Below, piece by piece: positions 1-10,800 of a stretch of DNA of 64,000 bases. Origin of the DNA: Planctomycetales bacterium. Lineage in GTDB: Bacteria > 4484-113. The translations under genes and the position numbers were made by a program. Position 1 is the first letter of the stretch; every line of letters starts with the position of its first letter. The notes below the pieces were generated by a model. That model made no database searches and was not told the origin of the DNA. It saw only the letters and a list, made by a program, of their open reading frames with translations. The DNA lies in NCBI GenBank assembly GCA_037441675.1, contig JBBIRS010000002.1, positions 306,894 through 370,893 of the forward strand, read 5' to 3'.

Positions 1-62
1 ATGGATTGTGAATGAGTAGGGCAATTGGCTCAGGAGCTTCGGAGCTTTCACAAAAGCACTAT

Positions 63-548
63 CTAACCTTCCCTATAGCTTACACCAAAACCGCCAAGGG
101 GATACTTCCAGTAAACTCCACCAGGCAGGCAAGCAACTCTACAAGTTCCGCACTCTACACAACCTTCATAATCAACGTGAATGTTGCCTTCCGCATCCTT
201 TGAGTATCTCTGCGTTGGACAGACAATCAAGCACCACTGGCCTGGACACTTCCTGCAAATCTCGTTATCCACAATTAGATGCGGGTCGCCTTCCCGTGTA
301 ACAAACTTAGTCCTGCCGAGCTTATCCTCAAGGGTGAGTTTCTCATATGGTAGGCTTTCTATAGGTGAAAGAAGGACTTTTTTACTCTCATTTACGCGAA
401 TATTCACCTCGCCTATCGGTTGACAGGGGGCGAATGCGTTTATATCTGCCTGTGGAACGCCTCTAATTGCACCCTGTCCTCCCTTCCCAAGCTCAGCATT
501 ATTCTTCTCTATAAGTTCCTTTGAAAGCTCAAGTTTATCTTGGGGCAT
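63..548 (-). CDS. fixX: FixX-like ferredoxin (4Fe-4S) with N-terminal extension
   Basis: CRKC...CLIVCP and CVECGTCRVAC motifs; C-terminal WKYPLGGFGVSYREG is typical of FixX; fixC lies nearby on the same strand; GGAG Shine-Dalgarno (SD) upstream. Confidence 0.85.
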   Translation of the reverse strand: MPQDKLELSKELIEKNNAELGKGGQGAIRGVPQADINAFAPCQPIGEVNIRVNESKKVLLSPIESLPYEKLTLEDKLGRTKFVTREGDPHLIVDNEICRKCPGQWCLIVCPTQRYSKDAEGNIHVDYEGCVECGTCRVACLPGGVYWKYPLGGFGVSYREG

Positions 549-839
549 ATCTCATTTCTCCATTAAGCCTTTCTTCATAATACCACGAGCATCGGAAAAT
601 GATGTGAAACACTTAATAATCGAGAAGTAACTGCACCTCAGTTATTAAGAGAACTTGTATAGCAAGTAGTCCGCAGACAGTAGAAATTGAAATAGTTATC
701 GGTGGCGAACTCAATTTACACCAACCTTTCCCGTGCCGAACTGATTAGGCTCAACTATCTTGCAAGAAAGTTAAAAGGCATATGGGGACTGCTCGCACAG
801 GGCACCGGTAAATCCATTAGGGAGAAGAGCAAAGCTTAC

Positions 840-2990
840 CTAGTCATGAAAGGCGTAGAGAAAACCATCGTGACTTCCAATGTATAGCGTACCATCCGGA
901 GCTATCGCACCACTTGAAACTATCTGCTTTCCAGTCTCGTAACTCCATTTAAGTGAGCCGTCAGGATCAATCGCATACACCTTGTAATCCCAGCAGCCAA
1001 AGTATATAGTTCCATCAGCGCCGATAGTGGGGCTTGATTCAACGTCTGCAGGCCATGTTATATATCTCCATTTCAGCGTACCGTCGGGATTCAAGGCAAG
1101 GAGTCCGTGCCGTCGTCCATGGATGTCCTCCGTTCCAATGTAAATCGTCCCGTCCTCACCAATTGCGGGGCTAGAAGTGATTTCTCCATAGTTATCCTCG
1201 TAGCTCCACTTAATTTCTCCATCTGGGGATACCGCATAAACGCCAAAGTTTTGGTACAAGTCGTCCCACTTAGCGCCAATATAAATGGTTCCATCGGGAC
1301 CAATAGCTGGACTTGAACCATCAATTATCTGAAGCCAGAGCCTCCATTTCAAACTGCCATCAGGATTGAAAGCGTAAAGGTAACCATCGTAAGAACCCTC
1401 GTATATGGTGCCGTCATCCGCAATCGCTGGCGAAGAAATTATCCAAGCGCCCGTTAGGTACCTCCACTTTTCAGAGCCGTCAGGATTCAAGGCATAGAAG
1501 TACCCTGCATCATCACCAAAGTAAATTGTTCCATCCACACCAATAGCAGGGCTCGATTCAATTGCCTGCACAGCTTCAAAGGTCCACTTTACCGTTCCAT
1601 CTGGGTTTAAGGCGTAAAGCTTATGATCCCATGAACCAAAATAAATTGTGCACTCAGGCGCAAGGGCTGCAGTGCTGTAAACAAGGTATGGCAAGGAAAA
1701 CTGCCACTTAAGGGTCCCGTCCGGATTTACAGCGTAAAAGTATGGTTCATAGCCATAGCTACCAAAATAAACTGTACCATCGTGACCAATAACTGGACTT
1801 GCACCGATGCTGTCTGCAGCTTGAAATGCCCACTTCAAGGTCGGGGTCTGAGGACCCAAAAAGGGACTTCTTCTAGTGTGTTTACGGTCGTGACCAAACA
1901 TCCACCAATCTCCACAGGTCACTTCGCTAACTGGAAAAACCACAATACTCCTAAAAATGGAAGAAGATAACATCTGATTGTCAGTAACTCTCAACTTAGG
2001 CGAATATGTGCCTGGAGTGTCATATGTAAACTCTACGCTGGAAAGAAATTCTCCTTCTAAATCCCAAGTGTCGTCACCCTGTAAATCCCATTCGTATTTA
2101 ACAATTGTGCCATCTGGGTCATAGCTTCCGCTTGCGTCAAAATTCACTGTAAGTGGCACAACGCCCGAAGCAGGCTCAGCAGTGAGAATTGCAACGGGTG
2201 GCGAATTCTCCGGTGGTGGGACTTGCACTGGATCACTCCGCGAGTTTAGAGACATCTCGCCCCGGAAGTCCTTTGGCGCAACAAGAATATAATCTCCCAC
2301 ATTCAGCGAAAGGGTCATGGAAAATCTTTTTCTTCCTTCACCGCTCGCAGCGCTTAGCGGCACGTAAGCAACCTCAGAAAATGACCCCTCAGGAGATGAG
2401 CCTCTTTGAACGCTGTAACCAGAGCACTGAGCAAAGAAGTTTAATGCGATAGGAGCAATGTCACTGATATTGATTACTCTGTCCTCGTTACCATCGATCC
2501 ATTCATTATTCTGAGAAGTAGTCATTAAGAAATTTGAAGCCAGAGGTGCAATATCACTGATATCAACGGTCCCATCTTGATTGTAATCACCTACGTTTCT
2601 ATAGCTCCACCTTAGGATATAGCTCCCGCCTGAGGCTGGTATAACCTCAAGATCAGAAACCACGCCAAAGTCGCCTTTGGGTGGAGAAGCCACGAACCTC
2701 GTCTTACCGGAAGCAAAGAGCTCTTCCCTTAGTGCGGAGAGAAGTGAAAGGACGATAACATCACCACCACTTGTCGATTCTTGCAGTCTAATTTTCTCGT
2801 CTAGATCATCTAGAGCTATCTCAGTCACCGCCGAAGAATTTTCTTCCGTCGGGTTAGTATTTGCAGGCAAATTACCCAAGCCTGGTTGTGTAAACCTTGA
2901 CGTGTAGCGGTTTGTGGCGCCTTTACCACACGATACCGCAAGCATTAGACAAAGCAATAAATACTTGATAGAGTTCTTTCGTAAGCTCAT
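840..2990 (-). CDS. Lipoprotein with dockerin/EF-hand-like repeats, a PKD domain and a PQQ-like beta-propeller
   Basis: Lipobox-like LAVSC; GDYNQDGTVDISD and DGNEDRVINISD Ca-binding repeats; PKD motif FDASGSYDPDGTIVKYEWD; multiple SSPAIG.DGTIY.G...YALNPDG..KW repeats. Confidence 0.85.
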   Translation of the reverse strand: MSLRKNSIKYLLLCLMLAVSCGKGATNRYTSRFTQPGLGNLPANTNPTEENSSAVTEIALDDLDEKIRLQESTSGGDVIVLSLLSALREELFASGKTRFVASPPKGDFGVVSDLEVIPASGGSYILRWSYRNVGDYNQDGTVDISDIAPLASNFLMTTSQNNEWIDGNEDRVINISDIAPIALNFFAQCSGYSVQRGSSPEGSFSEVAYVPLSAASGEGRKRFSMTLSLNVGDYILVAPKDFRGEMSLNSRSDPVQVPPPENSPPVAILTAEPASGVVPLTVNFDASGSYDPDGTIVKYEWDLQGDDTWDLEGEFLSSVEFTYDTPGTYSPKLRVTDNQMLSSSIFRSIVVFPVSEVTCGDWWMFGHDRKHTRRSPFLGPQTPTLKWAFQAADSIGASPVIGHDGTVYFGSYGYEPYFYAVNPDGTLKWQFSLPYLVYSTAALAPECTIYFGSWDHKLYALNPDGTVKWTFEAVQAIESSPAIGVDGTIYFGDDAGYFYALNPDGSEKWRYLTGAWIISSPAIADDGTIYEGSYDGYLYAFNPDGSLKWRLWLQIIDGSSPAIGPDGTIYIGAKWDDLYQNFGVYAVSPDGEIKWSYEDNYGEITSSPAIGEDGTIYIGTEDIHGRRHGLLALNPDGTLKWRYITWPADVESSPTIGADGTIYFGCWDYKVYAIDPDGSLKWSYETGKQIVSSGAIAPDGTLYIGSHDGFLYAFHD

Positions 2991-3416
2991 TTGTCATACC
3001 TCTTGCATTATTATTTTTCAAGTACACTCCCTAATCGCTTTAAGAGCAACTATTACAGCTCCTTCAGAAACTCGCTTCCCGATAATATCCTTTATAAAAA
3101 ACCTCATAAATATCCAATTAGCATTAACTTTTTGGAAACCAGTTGAGAATGCGTCCAAGTATATCATAACTCGCTCTATATTTTACCGATTTTGGAGCGT
3201 GTTTTGCCTATGATTTACCCTTTTGGGGGAATTGAAAAGGTAAAACTGTGTCTTGAGCGCTACCAACCTTGCAAATTCACTTAGTGCTAGCTTGGTAAAG
3301 GTTTCCTGCTGAATAACGCGATGTGAAGCTCAAACTATCTGAACGTGCTTGATGAAAGCAAGCTCTACATTGGCGGATAAGTCCTTTTCAAATGCATAAT
3401 AGAGGGCGAGATGAGA

Positions 3417-4766
3417 CTAGCCTTTTGGTGGGAAGAGAAACCACTTAGGGTCAATGCCTAGAACTTTTTTCATCAAGCCAAGGCTCGCAATGCCTGCCTT
3501 CACGAGGGGAACCTTCTTTCTGAATTCGCTCGCCATCTGCCTTAAATATTTCTCCTTTGCCTCGCCTCTCACCGTGAAATAACTTCGCGCTAGGGTTATT
3601 AATGCATCTGGGTAAACTCCGAGAAACTCACGATGTTTGTGGATAAAGCTAGATACATCCTTAAACATTTTCATATCCGGAAGGACGAATGAATTCTTCA
3701 GCCTTAAATGGTAGGATGAAAGAGTGGCTTCGGAAAAATCGCCCTTCTCTTTAGCCTCAATAATTGTTTCCGCAGCGCACTTTCCGCTGGCAGTAGCGTA
3801 ATTCGTGCCCTCGTGATATAGGGATGTATTAATGAAGCCAGCCGCATCCCCAACCACTAGATAGCCGTTACCGTAGTACTTGAAAAACTTCTTATAGCCA
3901 TACTCAGGAATCATATGTGCGGAGTACTCCTCGAGCTTAGCACCAGCTAGAATCCCCTTAATATCAGGATGGCTCTTGAAGTAATCAAGGATATTATAAG
4001 GGGTTACCTTTTCTCGCAGTAAGTCACCAATATTGACGCCGATACCAATGGAAATTGAATCTTTATTTGTATAGATAAAGCCACCACCAACCATTCCCAT
4101 ACATGCGCCAGTTCCGAGACACTCCATAGAAATGCCATCACCAGGCTCAAGACAGAACCGCTCCTCAATCGTCTGCGCGGGTAGAGACCAAACCTCCTTG
4201 GCAGCAGTAACCATTTCATCAGGCGTAAATGGTTTTCTTAAGCCCATTCTTTCTGTTAAAAAGGAGTTAGCACCCTCCGCAATGACAACAACGTCGCCGT
4301 AAACTTCGCCTTCCTCACGGCGGACCTTAACACCTACTACCCTGCCATTTCTCCATATCACGTCATCAACGACAGTCTCATTTATAATGAAGGCACCCTC
4401 TTCTTCCGCTTTACTTGCATACCACCTGTCAAATTTGCCACGTAGAACTGTGAATGAATGATTAAAAGGTGGTTCCGCAAACTCGCGAAAGGACATTTCA
4501 ATTTTGAGGGAAGAGTCCTTTGATAAAAAGGCAAATGCACGTTTTATAACCGGTCTTTCGAGTGGCGCCACTTCAAAGAAATTAGGCAGAAGTTCATTTA
4601 TCACAGGGGTATAAATAATTCCACCGGAGAGATTCTTAGAGCCTGGATACTCTCCACGCTCAAAGACCACTACCGATAGTCCCGCGCGAGCGCAGACTAG
4701 AGCGCAAGTTATCCCTGCCAAACCCGCACCAACGATTATCACGTCAAATTTCTCTTCTGAAGACAT
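3417..4766 (-). CDS. fixC: FixC-family FAD-dependent oxidoreductase (ETF-quinone oxidoreductase-like)
   Basis: DVIIVGAGLAG Rossmann motif; ERGEYPGSKNLSGG, EYSAHMIPE and VGDAAG motifs. Confidence 0.9.
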   Translation of the reverse strand: MSSEEKFDVIIVGAGLAGITCALVCARAGLSVVVFERGEYPGSKNLSGGIIYTPVINELLPNFFEVAPLERPVIKRAFAFLSKDSSLKIEMSFREFAEPPFNHSFTVLRGKFDRWYASKAEEEGAFIINETVVDDVIWRNGRVVGVKVRREEGEVYGDVVVIAEGANSFLTERMGLRKPFTPDEMVTAAKEVWSLPAQTIEERFCLEPGDGISMECLGTGACMGMVGGGFIYTNKDSISIGIGVNIGDLLREKVTPYNILDYFKSHPDIKGILAGAKLEEYSAHMIPEYGYKKFFKYYGNGYLVVGDAAGFINTSLYHEGTNYATASGKCAAETIIEAKEKGDFSEATLSSYHLRLKNSFVLPDMKMFKDVSSFIHKHREFLGVYPDALITLARSYFTVRGEAKEKYLRQMASEFRKKVPLVKAGIASLGLMKKVLGIDPKWFLFPPKG

Positions 4767-5009
4767 ATTGGCAGGTATTTTACACGAACACGTAATAAGT
4801 AGCCTCTATCTAAGCCATACTAAGATGTGCTTAGAAAAACTGGAATAAAAAGTTCTAAAAATGGCTATCTCCCCGCACATCACGTGAGAAGAACCAAGCA
4901 ACACTTAATGCTAATAAATTAAGAAGTATTCTCCTCAAGAAATTCGCCTTGCGAAATGTCATAGATGCAATGAATTCGGATTCTAAAGATTTGCAATCCT
5001 TAGGAGTTA

Positions 5010-5038
5010 TTGACCTTTAGTAATTGAAGGCATATACT
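5010..5038 (+). promoter_or_regulatory. Sigma70-type promoter of purB (probably leaderless)
   Basis: TTGACC-N17-TATACT, ending 7 nt before the GTG at 5046. Confidence 0.7.
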
Positions 5039-5045
5039 CAACTCC

Positions 5046-6368
5046 GTGATTAAACGCTACTCTGGTGAAAGGATTAGCAGGATTTTCTCTGATGATTATA
5101 GATATAAGCTTTGGCTTAAGATTGAGCTTGCAGTAACCGAGGCTTGGGCAAAGGAAGGGCGGATACCTGAAGCTAGCTATAGAAGTATAAAGAAGCTCGC
5201 TCGCTATTCTCCTTTACGAATCAGGGAATTGGAGAGAACACTAGAACATGAGGTTATTGCCTTCACAACAAGTGTTTCTGAATCATTTAAGAAAGCTAAG
5301 TCCCCTACTTTATCCCGCTACTTCCACCTTGGATTAACAAGCTCTGACGTAATGGATACCGCGCTTTCGCTCCAGATCAAAGAAGCCTTTTCCTTAATAC
5401 TTCATCAGCTGGAAGTTTTATTAGAAACCATCAAGAAGCTTGCGATAGAACATAAATACACATTGATGATAGGCAGAACGCATGGGATACATGCGGAGCC
5501 GATTACATTCGGCTTGAAAGCGCTTATATGGCTCAAAGAGATTGAGCGAGCGAAAATGCGCCTTGAATTTGCGCGTGAAGAAACCTGCTTCGGGAAAATT
5601 TCTGGTGCAGTAGGGAATTATGCACATATACCACCTTCAGTGGAAGAATACGCACTTAGAAAGATTGGACTAAAGCCCTCGCCCGTTTCTAACCAAATAA
5701 TTCAGCGTGATAGGCATGCTTCTACTTTATGTGCTCTTGCCATTTTGGCTGGTTCACTGGAAAAGATTGCTTTGGAGATAAGAAACCTACAAAGAACAGA
5801 GATTGGGGAAGTATTTGAACCATTTGGCAAGGGCCAAAAGGGCTCTTCCGCTATGCCTCATAAGAGAAATCCAGTTCTTTGCGAGAGAATGAGCGGGCTT
5901 GCAAGGCTTATGCGCGCTTATGCTCACGTTGCCTTGGATAATCAACCAACTTGGCACGAGAGGGATATCTCCCATAGCAGTGCGGAAAGGGTCGCAATCG
6001 CGGACGCTTTCATTCTCGCGGATTATATGCTTTCAAAGATGAATTACATTCTTTCCGGACTTGAAGTTGACCCAGTGAGGATGAAAAAAAATTTGGAAGC
6101 GACAAGAGGACAAATTTACTCTCAAAGGGTTCTTCTCGCGCTTACTGAAAAGGGTCTCAGTCGAGAAGAAGCGTATAGGATTGTGCAATCCACTGCTATT
6201 GAAGCGGTGAAATCAGGTAAGCATTTGTCATCAGTCCTAAAGGCTAATAAAGTAGTCAGAGAGCTCCTGACTAGCCGGGAAATTTTGAGGCTTTTTGACC
6301 CTAAGCCTTATCTGGTTCATATAGATGAAATATTTTCACGCGCTCTCTCAAGTGGGGACGATAAATAA
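5046..6368 (+). CDS. purB: Adenylosuccinate lyase
   Basis: HLGLTSSD, GRTHGIHAEP and GSSAMPHKRNP signatures. Confidence 0.97.
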   Translation: MIKRYSGERISRIFSDDYRYKLWLKIELAVTEAWAKEGRIPEASYRSIKKLARYSPLRIRELERTLEHEVIAFTTSVSESFKKAKSPTLSRYFHLGLTSSDVMDTALSLQIKEAFSLILHQLEVLLETIKKLAIEHKYTLMIGRTHGIHAEPITFGLKALIWLKEIERAKMRLEFAREETCFGKISGAVGNYAHIPPSVEEYALRKIGLKPSPVSNQIIQRDRHASTLCALAILAGSLEKIALEIRNLQRTEIGEVFEPFGKGQKGSSAMPHKRNPVLCERMSGLARLMRAYAHVALDNQPTWHERDISHSSAERVAIADAFILADYMLSKMNYILSGLEVDPVRMKKNLEATRGQIYSQRVLLALTEKGLSREEAYRIVQSTAIEAVKSGKHLSSVLKANKVVRELLTSREILRLFDPKPYLVHIDEIFSRALSSGDDK

Positions 6369-6610
6369 ATATTCATCAAATGCTTAAAATTTTCACTTAT
6401 ACCCTCTCGTGTCAATTTCATTACTAGATTCTGAAACTTTCTAGCGTTGATAATGTAAAATCAAACAAATGAGTCAGTAAAAGAGTAGCCTCAGGCGTGG
6501 AACATTTATTGATAAGATTAACTCTTGTGGATTTTGCCCTGAGTTCATCAATAGCTTATAATAATTTTTTTATATTGAAATTTTGAAACCAAATTACTAG
6601 GTTAAACAAA

Positions 6611-7318
6611 ATGCAAAAAATTAGACTTCTCTACGAGGGAAAAGCGAAAAGGCTCTATGAGACTAATGACCCTGATCTGCTAATTATGGAATTTAAGGAT
6701 TCCCTAACCGCCTTTGATGGAACCAAAAAAGATCAGATGACCGGGAAAGGAGAGTGGAACAATCAAATCTCTGCTTCCATTTTTACCTTTCTTAACGAGA
6801 ATAATGTGTCTACGCATTTTATTGAAAAGCTATCAGCTCGTGAGTCTCTTGTTAAGCATCTTAAAATGGTTGCGCTGGAGCAAGTATGTAGAAATTTTTC
6901 GGCAGGCTCAATTGCTAAACGCACTGGTTTAGAAGAAGGAACTCCCTTCAAGCATCCGGTGATTGAATACCACTATAAGTCTGACGAGCTTCACGATCCT
7001 CTATACACTGAAGAGCTGATTTCTGCCTTGGAGCTCGCTACAAAAAGCGAAATGTTGAAGTTCAGAGAACTGGGGCTTAGAGTTAATGATTTGCTAAGTG
7101 ACTTTATGGAACGTCGTGGAATTATTCTTGTAGACTTCAAGTTGGAATTTGGATATACCAGACAGGGAGAGCTATGTGTTGGGGATGAAATCACACCGGA
7201 TACTTGCAGGCTGTGGGACAAAAAAAGCCTAGATAAGCTAGATAAGGACCGTTTTAGAAGAGATTTGGGTGGAGTAGCTGACGCATATCAGGAAGTTCTT
7301 TCAAGGTTAAGCGCGTGA
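6611..7318 (+). CDS. purC: SAICAR synthetase
   Basis: LYEGKAK, LVDFKLEFG, DEITPDTCRLWD and DKDRFR motifs. Confidence 0.97.
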   Translation: MQKIRLLYEGKAKRLYETNDPDLLIMEFKDSLTAFDGTKKDQMTGKGEWNNQISASIFTFLNENNVSTHFIEKLSARESLVKHLKMVALEQVCRNFSAGSIAKRTGLEEGTPFKHPVIEYHYKSDELHDPLYTEELISALELATKSEMLKFRELGLRVNDLLSDFMERRGIILVDFKLEFGYTRQGELCVGDEITPDTCRLWDKKSLDKLDKDRFRRDLGGVADAYQEVLSRLSA

Positions 7319-7590
7319 AGTTTACAGGAAAAGTCTACGTAATGCCTAGAAAGGATCTGCTAGACCCTCAGGGTGGAGCTATTAAGAGCGCACTTCACCA
7401 GCTTGGTTTTAAGAGCGTAACTGATGTTCGTGTTGGTAAGGAAATTGATATCGTTTTTGAAGCAGATGATGGTGATACTGCTATTTCACTATTAAATGAT
7501 ATCTGTGAAAAGCTTTTGGTTAATCCCATTACGGAAGACTTTGATTACCTTGTCCTGACGCAAGATGAAGAGGAAGGTGAAAATAGTTAA
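7315..7590 (+). CDS. purS: FGAM synthase subunit PurS
   Basis: LLDPQG, VRVGK and LLVNPITEDF motifs; overlaps the purC stop. Confidence 0.93.
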   Translation: MKFTGKVYVMPRKDLLDPQGGAIKSALHQLGFKSVTDVRVGKEIDIVFEADDGDTAISLLNDICEKLLVNPITEDFDYLVLTQDEEEGENS

Positions 7591-7654
7591 TTGCATGCAG
7601 ATGTAATAGGCGTTCAGTCTCAGTGAATTCCTCATTAAGTGTAAATATTGAAAA

Positions 7655-9244
7655 ATGCTTGCAAAGGTCAAAACAGCTGCTCTAGCTGGCATGAGTGCAG
7701 AAGAGGTGTTTGTGGAGGTTGATGTTACCTTTGGCCAGAATGTTTTCAACTTAGTGGGTCTTCCGGACGTAAGCGTGAAGGAATCTGAGGAGCGAGTCCG
7801 AGCGGCGATAAGGAATTCTGACTTTGAATACCCCAGTGGACGTATCACTGTAAACCTAGCACCAGCTGAAGTAAGGAAGAGCGGAACTTGGTACGATCTC
7901 CCCATAGCAATTGGGATTCTATGCGCCTCACATCAGATCCCAATTGATCCCATTGAGAGATTTATCATTGTTGGCGAAATCGCTCTTGATGGCTCTGTAA
8001 AACCAGTAAACGGAATACTCTCTGTAAGCCTAATGGCACGAAAGCTCGCCAGCAAAAAAAGAATGCTGTCACTTATTGTGCCTTTTGAGAATGCAAAAGA
8101 AGCAGCGTGCTTTCCGGAGGTTCAGGTTTATCCAGTTAGGCATCTAGCAGAATTAAGTTCATTTTTCAGGAGTACCATCCAAATCCTTCCACAACCTCCA
8201 ACCTGCATTGAAGATTTATTAGCTCAAGCCAACTATGATGTTGACTTTGCAGAGGTTAAAGGGCAGGAGCATGCTAAGCGTGCTTTGGAGCTTGCAGCTT
8301 CTGGAATGCATAATGTTTTACTTATCGGTCCCCCTGGTTCGGGTAAGACTATGCTAGCTCAACGCGTGGCAACAATACTTCCTACACTAACTGTTGATGA
8401 GGCAATTGAGGTTTCAACAATCTATTCTATAGCTGGGAAGTTAGGTGAAGAGCGTACTTTAATATCCACACGTCCTTTTAGGCATCCACATCATACAATC
8501 AGCGGGCCAGGTCTTGTTGGAGGTGGATCAAATCCACTTCCTGGCGAGCTATCCCTCGCACACACTGGAGTGCTTTTTTTAGATGAGATTTATGAGTTTG
8601 CACCCAAAATTCTAGACCTATTAAGACAACCGTTGGAAGATGGTGAAATAACAATTAGTAGAGCAAAGGCTTCGATCACATTTCCAGCCCGAGTGCTAAT
8701 GTTGGCTGCCGCCAATCCATGTCCCTGTGGATTTTATGGAGATCCAAGTAAACCTTGCCACTGTACCATGGGTGACATCAAGAAGTACCGTAAGCGGTTG
8801 TCTGGTTCTCTGCTTGATAGGATAGATATGGTAATTGAAGTGCCTCGTCTCGGCCTTGAAAAGATTGAATCACCTGCAGGTGAAACCTCCGCCGAAATTC
8901 GGAAGCGTGTTCTAAAAGCATGGAAAACTCAAGTTGCTCGCTACAAAACAGATTCGGCCACGGATTCCGAAGTTTCCTTAGCTTCATCTAAAAAAGTTCG
9001 ATTCAATAGTCATTTGAAGGGCAAGGGAATTGATAGATTTTGCACCCTAGACGATAGCGGTCAGAAACTTTTAGGGCGTGCCTTAGAGAAGCTTGGGCTT
9101 ACCACAAGGGGATTTCAAAGCATTAAAAAAGTTGCCCGCACCATTGCGGATATTGAAGGAAGCGATATCATTAAGGTATCTCATCTTGCTGAGGCTATCC
9201 AATATCGCGCTGGCGAGGAAAGGGTAAGGCTAATTTCGCTATAA
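7655..9244 (+). CDS. comM: YifB/ComM family AAA+ ATPase
   Basis: VGLPD..VKES.ERV, GPPGSGKT, HPHHTIS, GELSLAHTGVLFLDE and NPCPCG motifs. Confidence 0.95.
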   Translation: MLAKVKTAALAGMSAEEVFVEVDVTFGQNVFNLVGLPDVSVKESEERVRAAIRNSDFEYPSGRITVNLAPAEVRKSGTWYDLPIAIGILCASHQIPIDPIERFIIVGEIALDGSVKPVNGILSVSLMARKLASKKRMLSLIVPFENAKEAACFPEVQVYPVRHLAELSSFFRSTIQILPQPPTCIEDLLAQANYDVDFAEVKGQEHAKRALELAASGMHNVLLIGPPGSGKTMLAQRVATILPTLTVDEAIEVSTIYSIAGKLGEERTLISTRPFRHPHHTISGPGLVGGGSNPLPGELSLAHTGVLFLDEIYEFAPKILDLLRQPLEDGEITISRAKASITFPARVLMLAAANPCPCGFYGDPSKPCHCTMGDIKKYRKRLSGSLLDRIDMVIEVPRLGLEKIESPAGETSAEIRKRVLKAWKTQVARYKTDSATDSEVSLASSKKVRFNSHLKGKGIDRFCTLDDSGQKLLGRALEKLGLTTRGFQSIKKVARTIADIEGSDIIKVSHLAEAIQYRAGEERVRLISL

Positions 9245-9471
9245 AATATAAGAAATTTTTCGCTTGCAATAAAACTGTTCTTGCCCAATACATTTAGTAA
9301 TTGATTCAATCCTTAAGGCAAATTCAAGGATGCTTATTTTGGCATTAATCTCTCTACTCTCATTAACTATGTTTAATCTACAATTTCATCCGGAAGAAAC
9401 AGATATTTGTATCAATACCTTTGAAAAATTGCGGGGATTTACTGCAATGTATAATAAGTTAAGGAGAAGCT

Positions 9472-10797
9472 GTGAAGCACGTCTGGCTTAAACTATTTCT
9501 AATAGCTGGAGATGTTGTAGGCATCTACCTCGTTTTGTTTATTACTATGCTGATTTCTGCATCCTCAGATAGAGCCTTTCTTTTATTAAATTTAGATTTT
9601 ACCTCCACCTTTTCTTATTTAGTAATTTTAATAGTTGCCTTTGTTTTAGGAGGATTATACAGGGATACGAGGATAAAGAGTGTTATTGAACATAGCGCTC
9701 ATCTCATTAGCTCAATTACTGTTGCTGTTATCCTTATTTATACGTTTAATATGCTTGCTATCAGGCAATCAAAATCTGCGCAATTAAACCCCTTACTACT
9801 TGGTTTAATTATTCTTTTGATAAGCATTTTATGGAGATACATTTTTAACAAAATTTGTAATGTTTACAATCTCCAAGAAAGAGTAGCTCTAATTGGAAAC
9901 GATCCTCTAATTGATAAGCTTGAACAAGCGTTAAAGAGCCATCAAGAGTTCGGTTATAGATGCGTACTAAAGTTGCCCTCCTTTGAAGACGATGAAACGA
10001 AATCTCTGATACGTGCTAATAAGGTTGATACACTCGTGGTTGCAGAAAAGTACGTTGGAAATCCAATCAACAGTCAGCAGCTGACAGAGCTTTTAATGCC
10101 TAACGTTAGTTTTATTACCGCTACTAATTTCTATGAGAATAGTCTTAGAAGACTCCCGGTGAACCAAGTAAACGCGAGTTGGATATTAGAGGCAGTAGCG
10201 AAACACCCGAGACCCGGCTTTAGATTCATGAAGAGAATTTTTGATGTCATCCTTGGAACTGTGGGCCTCTTGTTGTCCCTTCCAGTGATTGCAATCGTCG
10301 CTATCTTTGTCAAAGCGGAAAGTAAGGGTCCTGCGCTTTACTTCCAGAAGAGAACAGGCTTAGGAGGGAGCGTGTTTACCGCTATTAAAATTAGAACGAT
10401 GATTGAAAATGCTGAAACCGAAGAGCCCCTTTGGGCTGAAGAAGGAGATGAGCGAGCAACGTTCATTGGGCGCTTGCTACGCAGAATAAGGGTTGACGAA
10501 CTCCCGCAGTTTATTAACATCATCAAGGGAGAGATGAGTTTAATAGGTCCGCGTCCTGAAAGACCAGCACTTGAGCCAAAACTTGAAAGAGAAATTCCAT
10601 TCTATAATTTGCGTTATTTGGTAAAACCTGGTCTTACGGGTTGGGCGCAGGTTAATTATCACTACGGAGCTTCAGTTAAAGATGCGATTGAGAAATTGGA
10701 ATACGATCTTTACTACATCATGCATCAATCGCTCCCCCTTGATATTGAAATTATTCTTAGAACCATCTGGATTGTGCTAAAGGCTAAAGGGCGGTAA
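9472..10797 (+). CDS. Polyprenyl-phosphate sugar transferase (WcaJ/WbaP-like)
   Basis: N-terminal TM segments; KRIFD, DELPQ, GEMSLIGPRPE and KPGLTGWAQV motifs. Confidence 0.93.
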   Translation: MKHVWLKLFLIAGDVVGIYLVLFITMLISASSDRAFLLLNLDFTSTFSYLVILIVAFVLGGLYRDTRIKSVIEHSAHLISSITVAVILIYTFNMLAIRQSKSAQLNPLLLGLIILLISILWRYIFNKICNVYNLQERVALIGNDPLIDKLEQALKSHQEFGYRCVLKLPSFEDDETKSLIRANKVDTLVVAEKYVGNPINSQQLTELLMPNVSFITATNFYENSLRRLPVNQVNASWILEAVAKHPRPGFRFMKRIFDVILGTVGLLLSLPVIAIVAIFVKAESKGPALYFQKRTGLGGSVFTAIKIRTMIENAETEEPLWAEEGDERATFIGRLLRRIRVDELPQFINIIKGEMSLIGPRPERPALEPKLEREIPFYNLRYLVKPGLTGWAQVNYHYGASVKDAIEKLEYDLYYIMHQSLPLDIEIILRTIWIVLKAKGR

Positions 10798-10800
10798 AGG

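Noticed and set aside
840..1900. Periodic DNA similarity suggesting a repeat array or CRISPR
   Set aside because: It is explained by degenerate protein-level beta-propeller repeats. No identical repeats with spacers and no cas genes were seen in the window.
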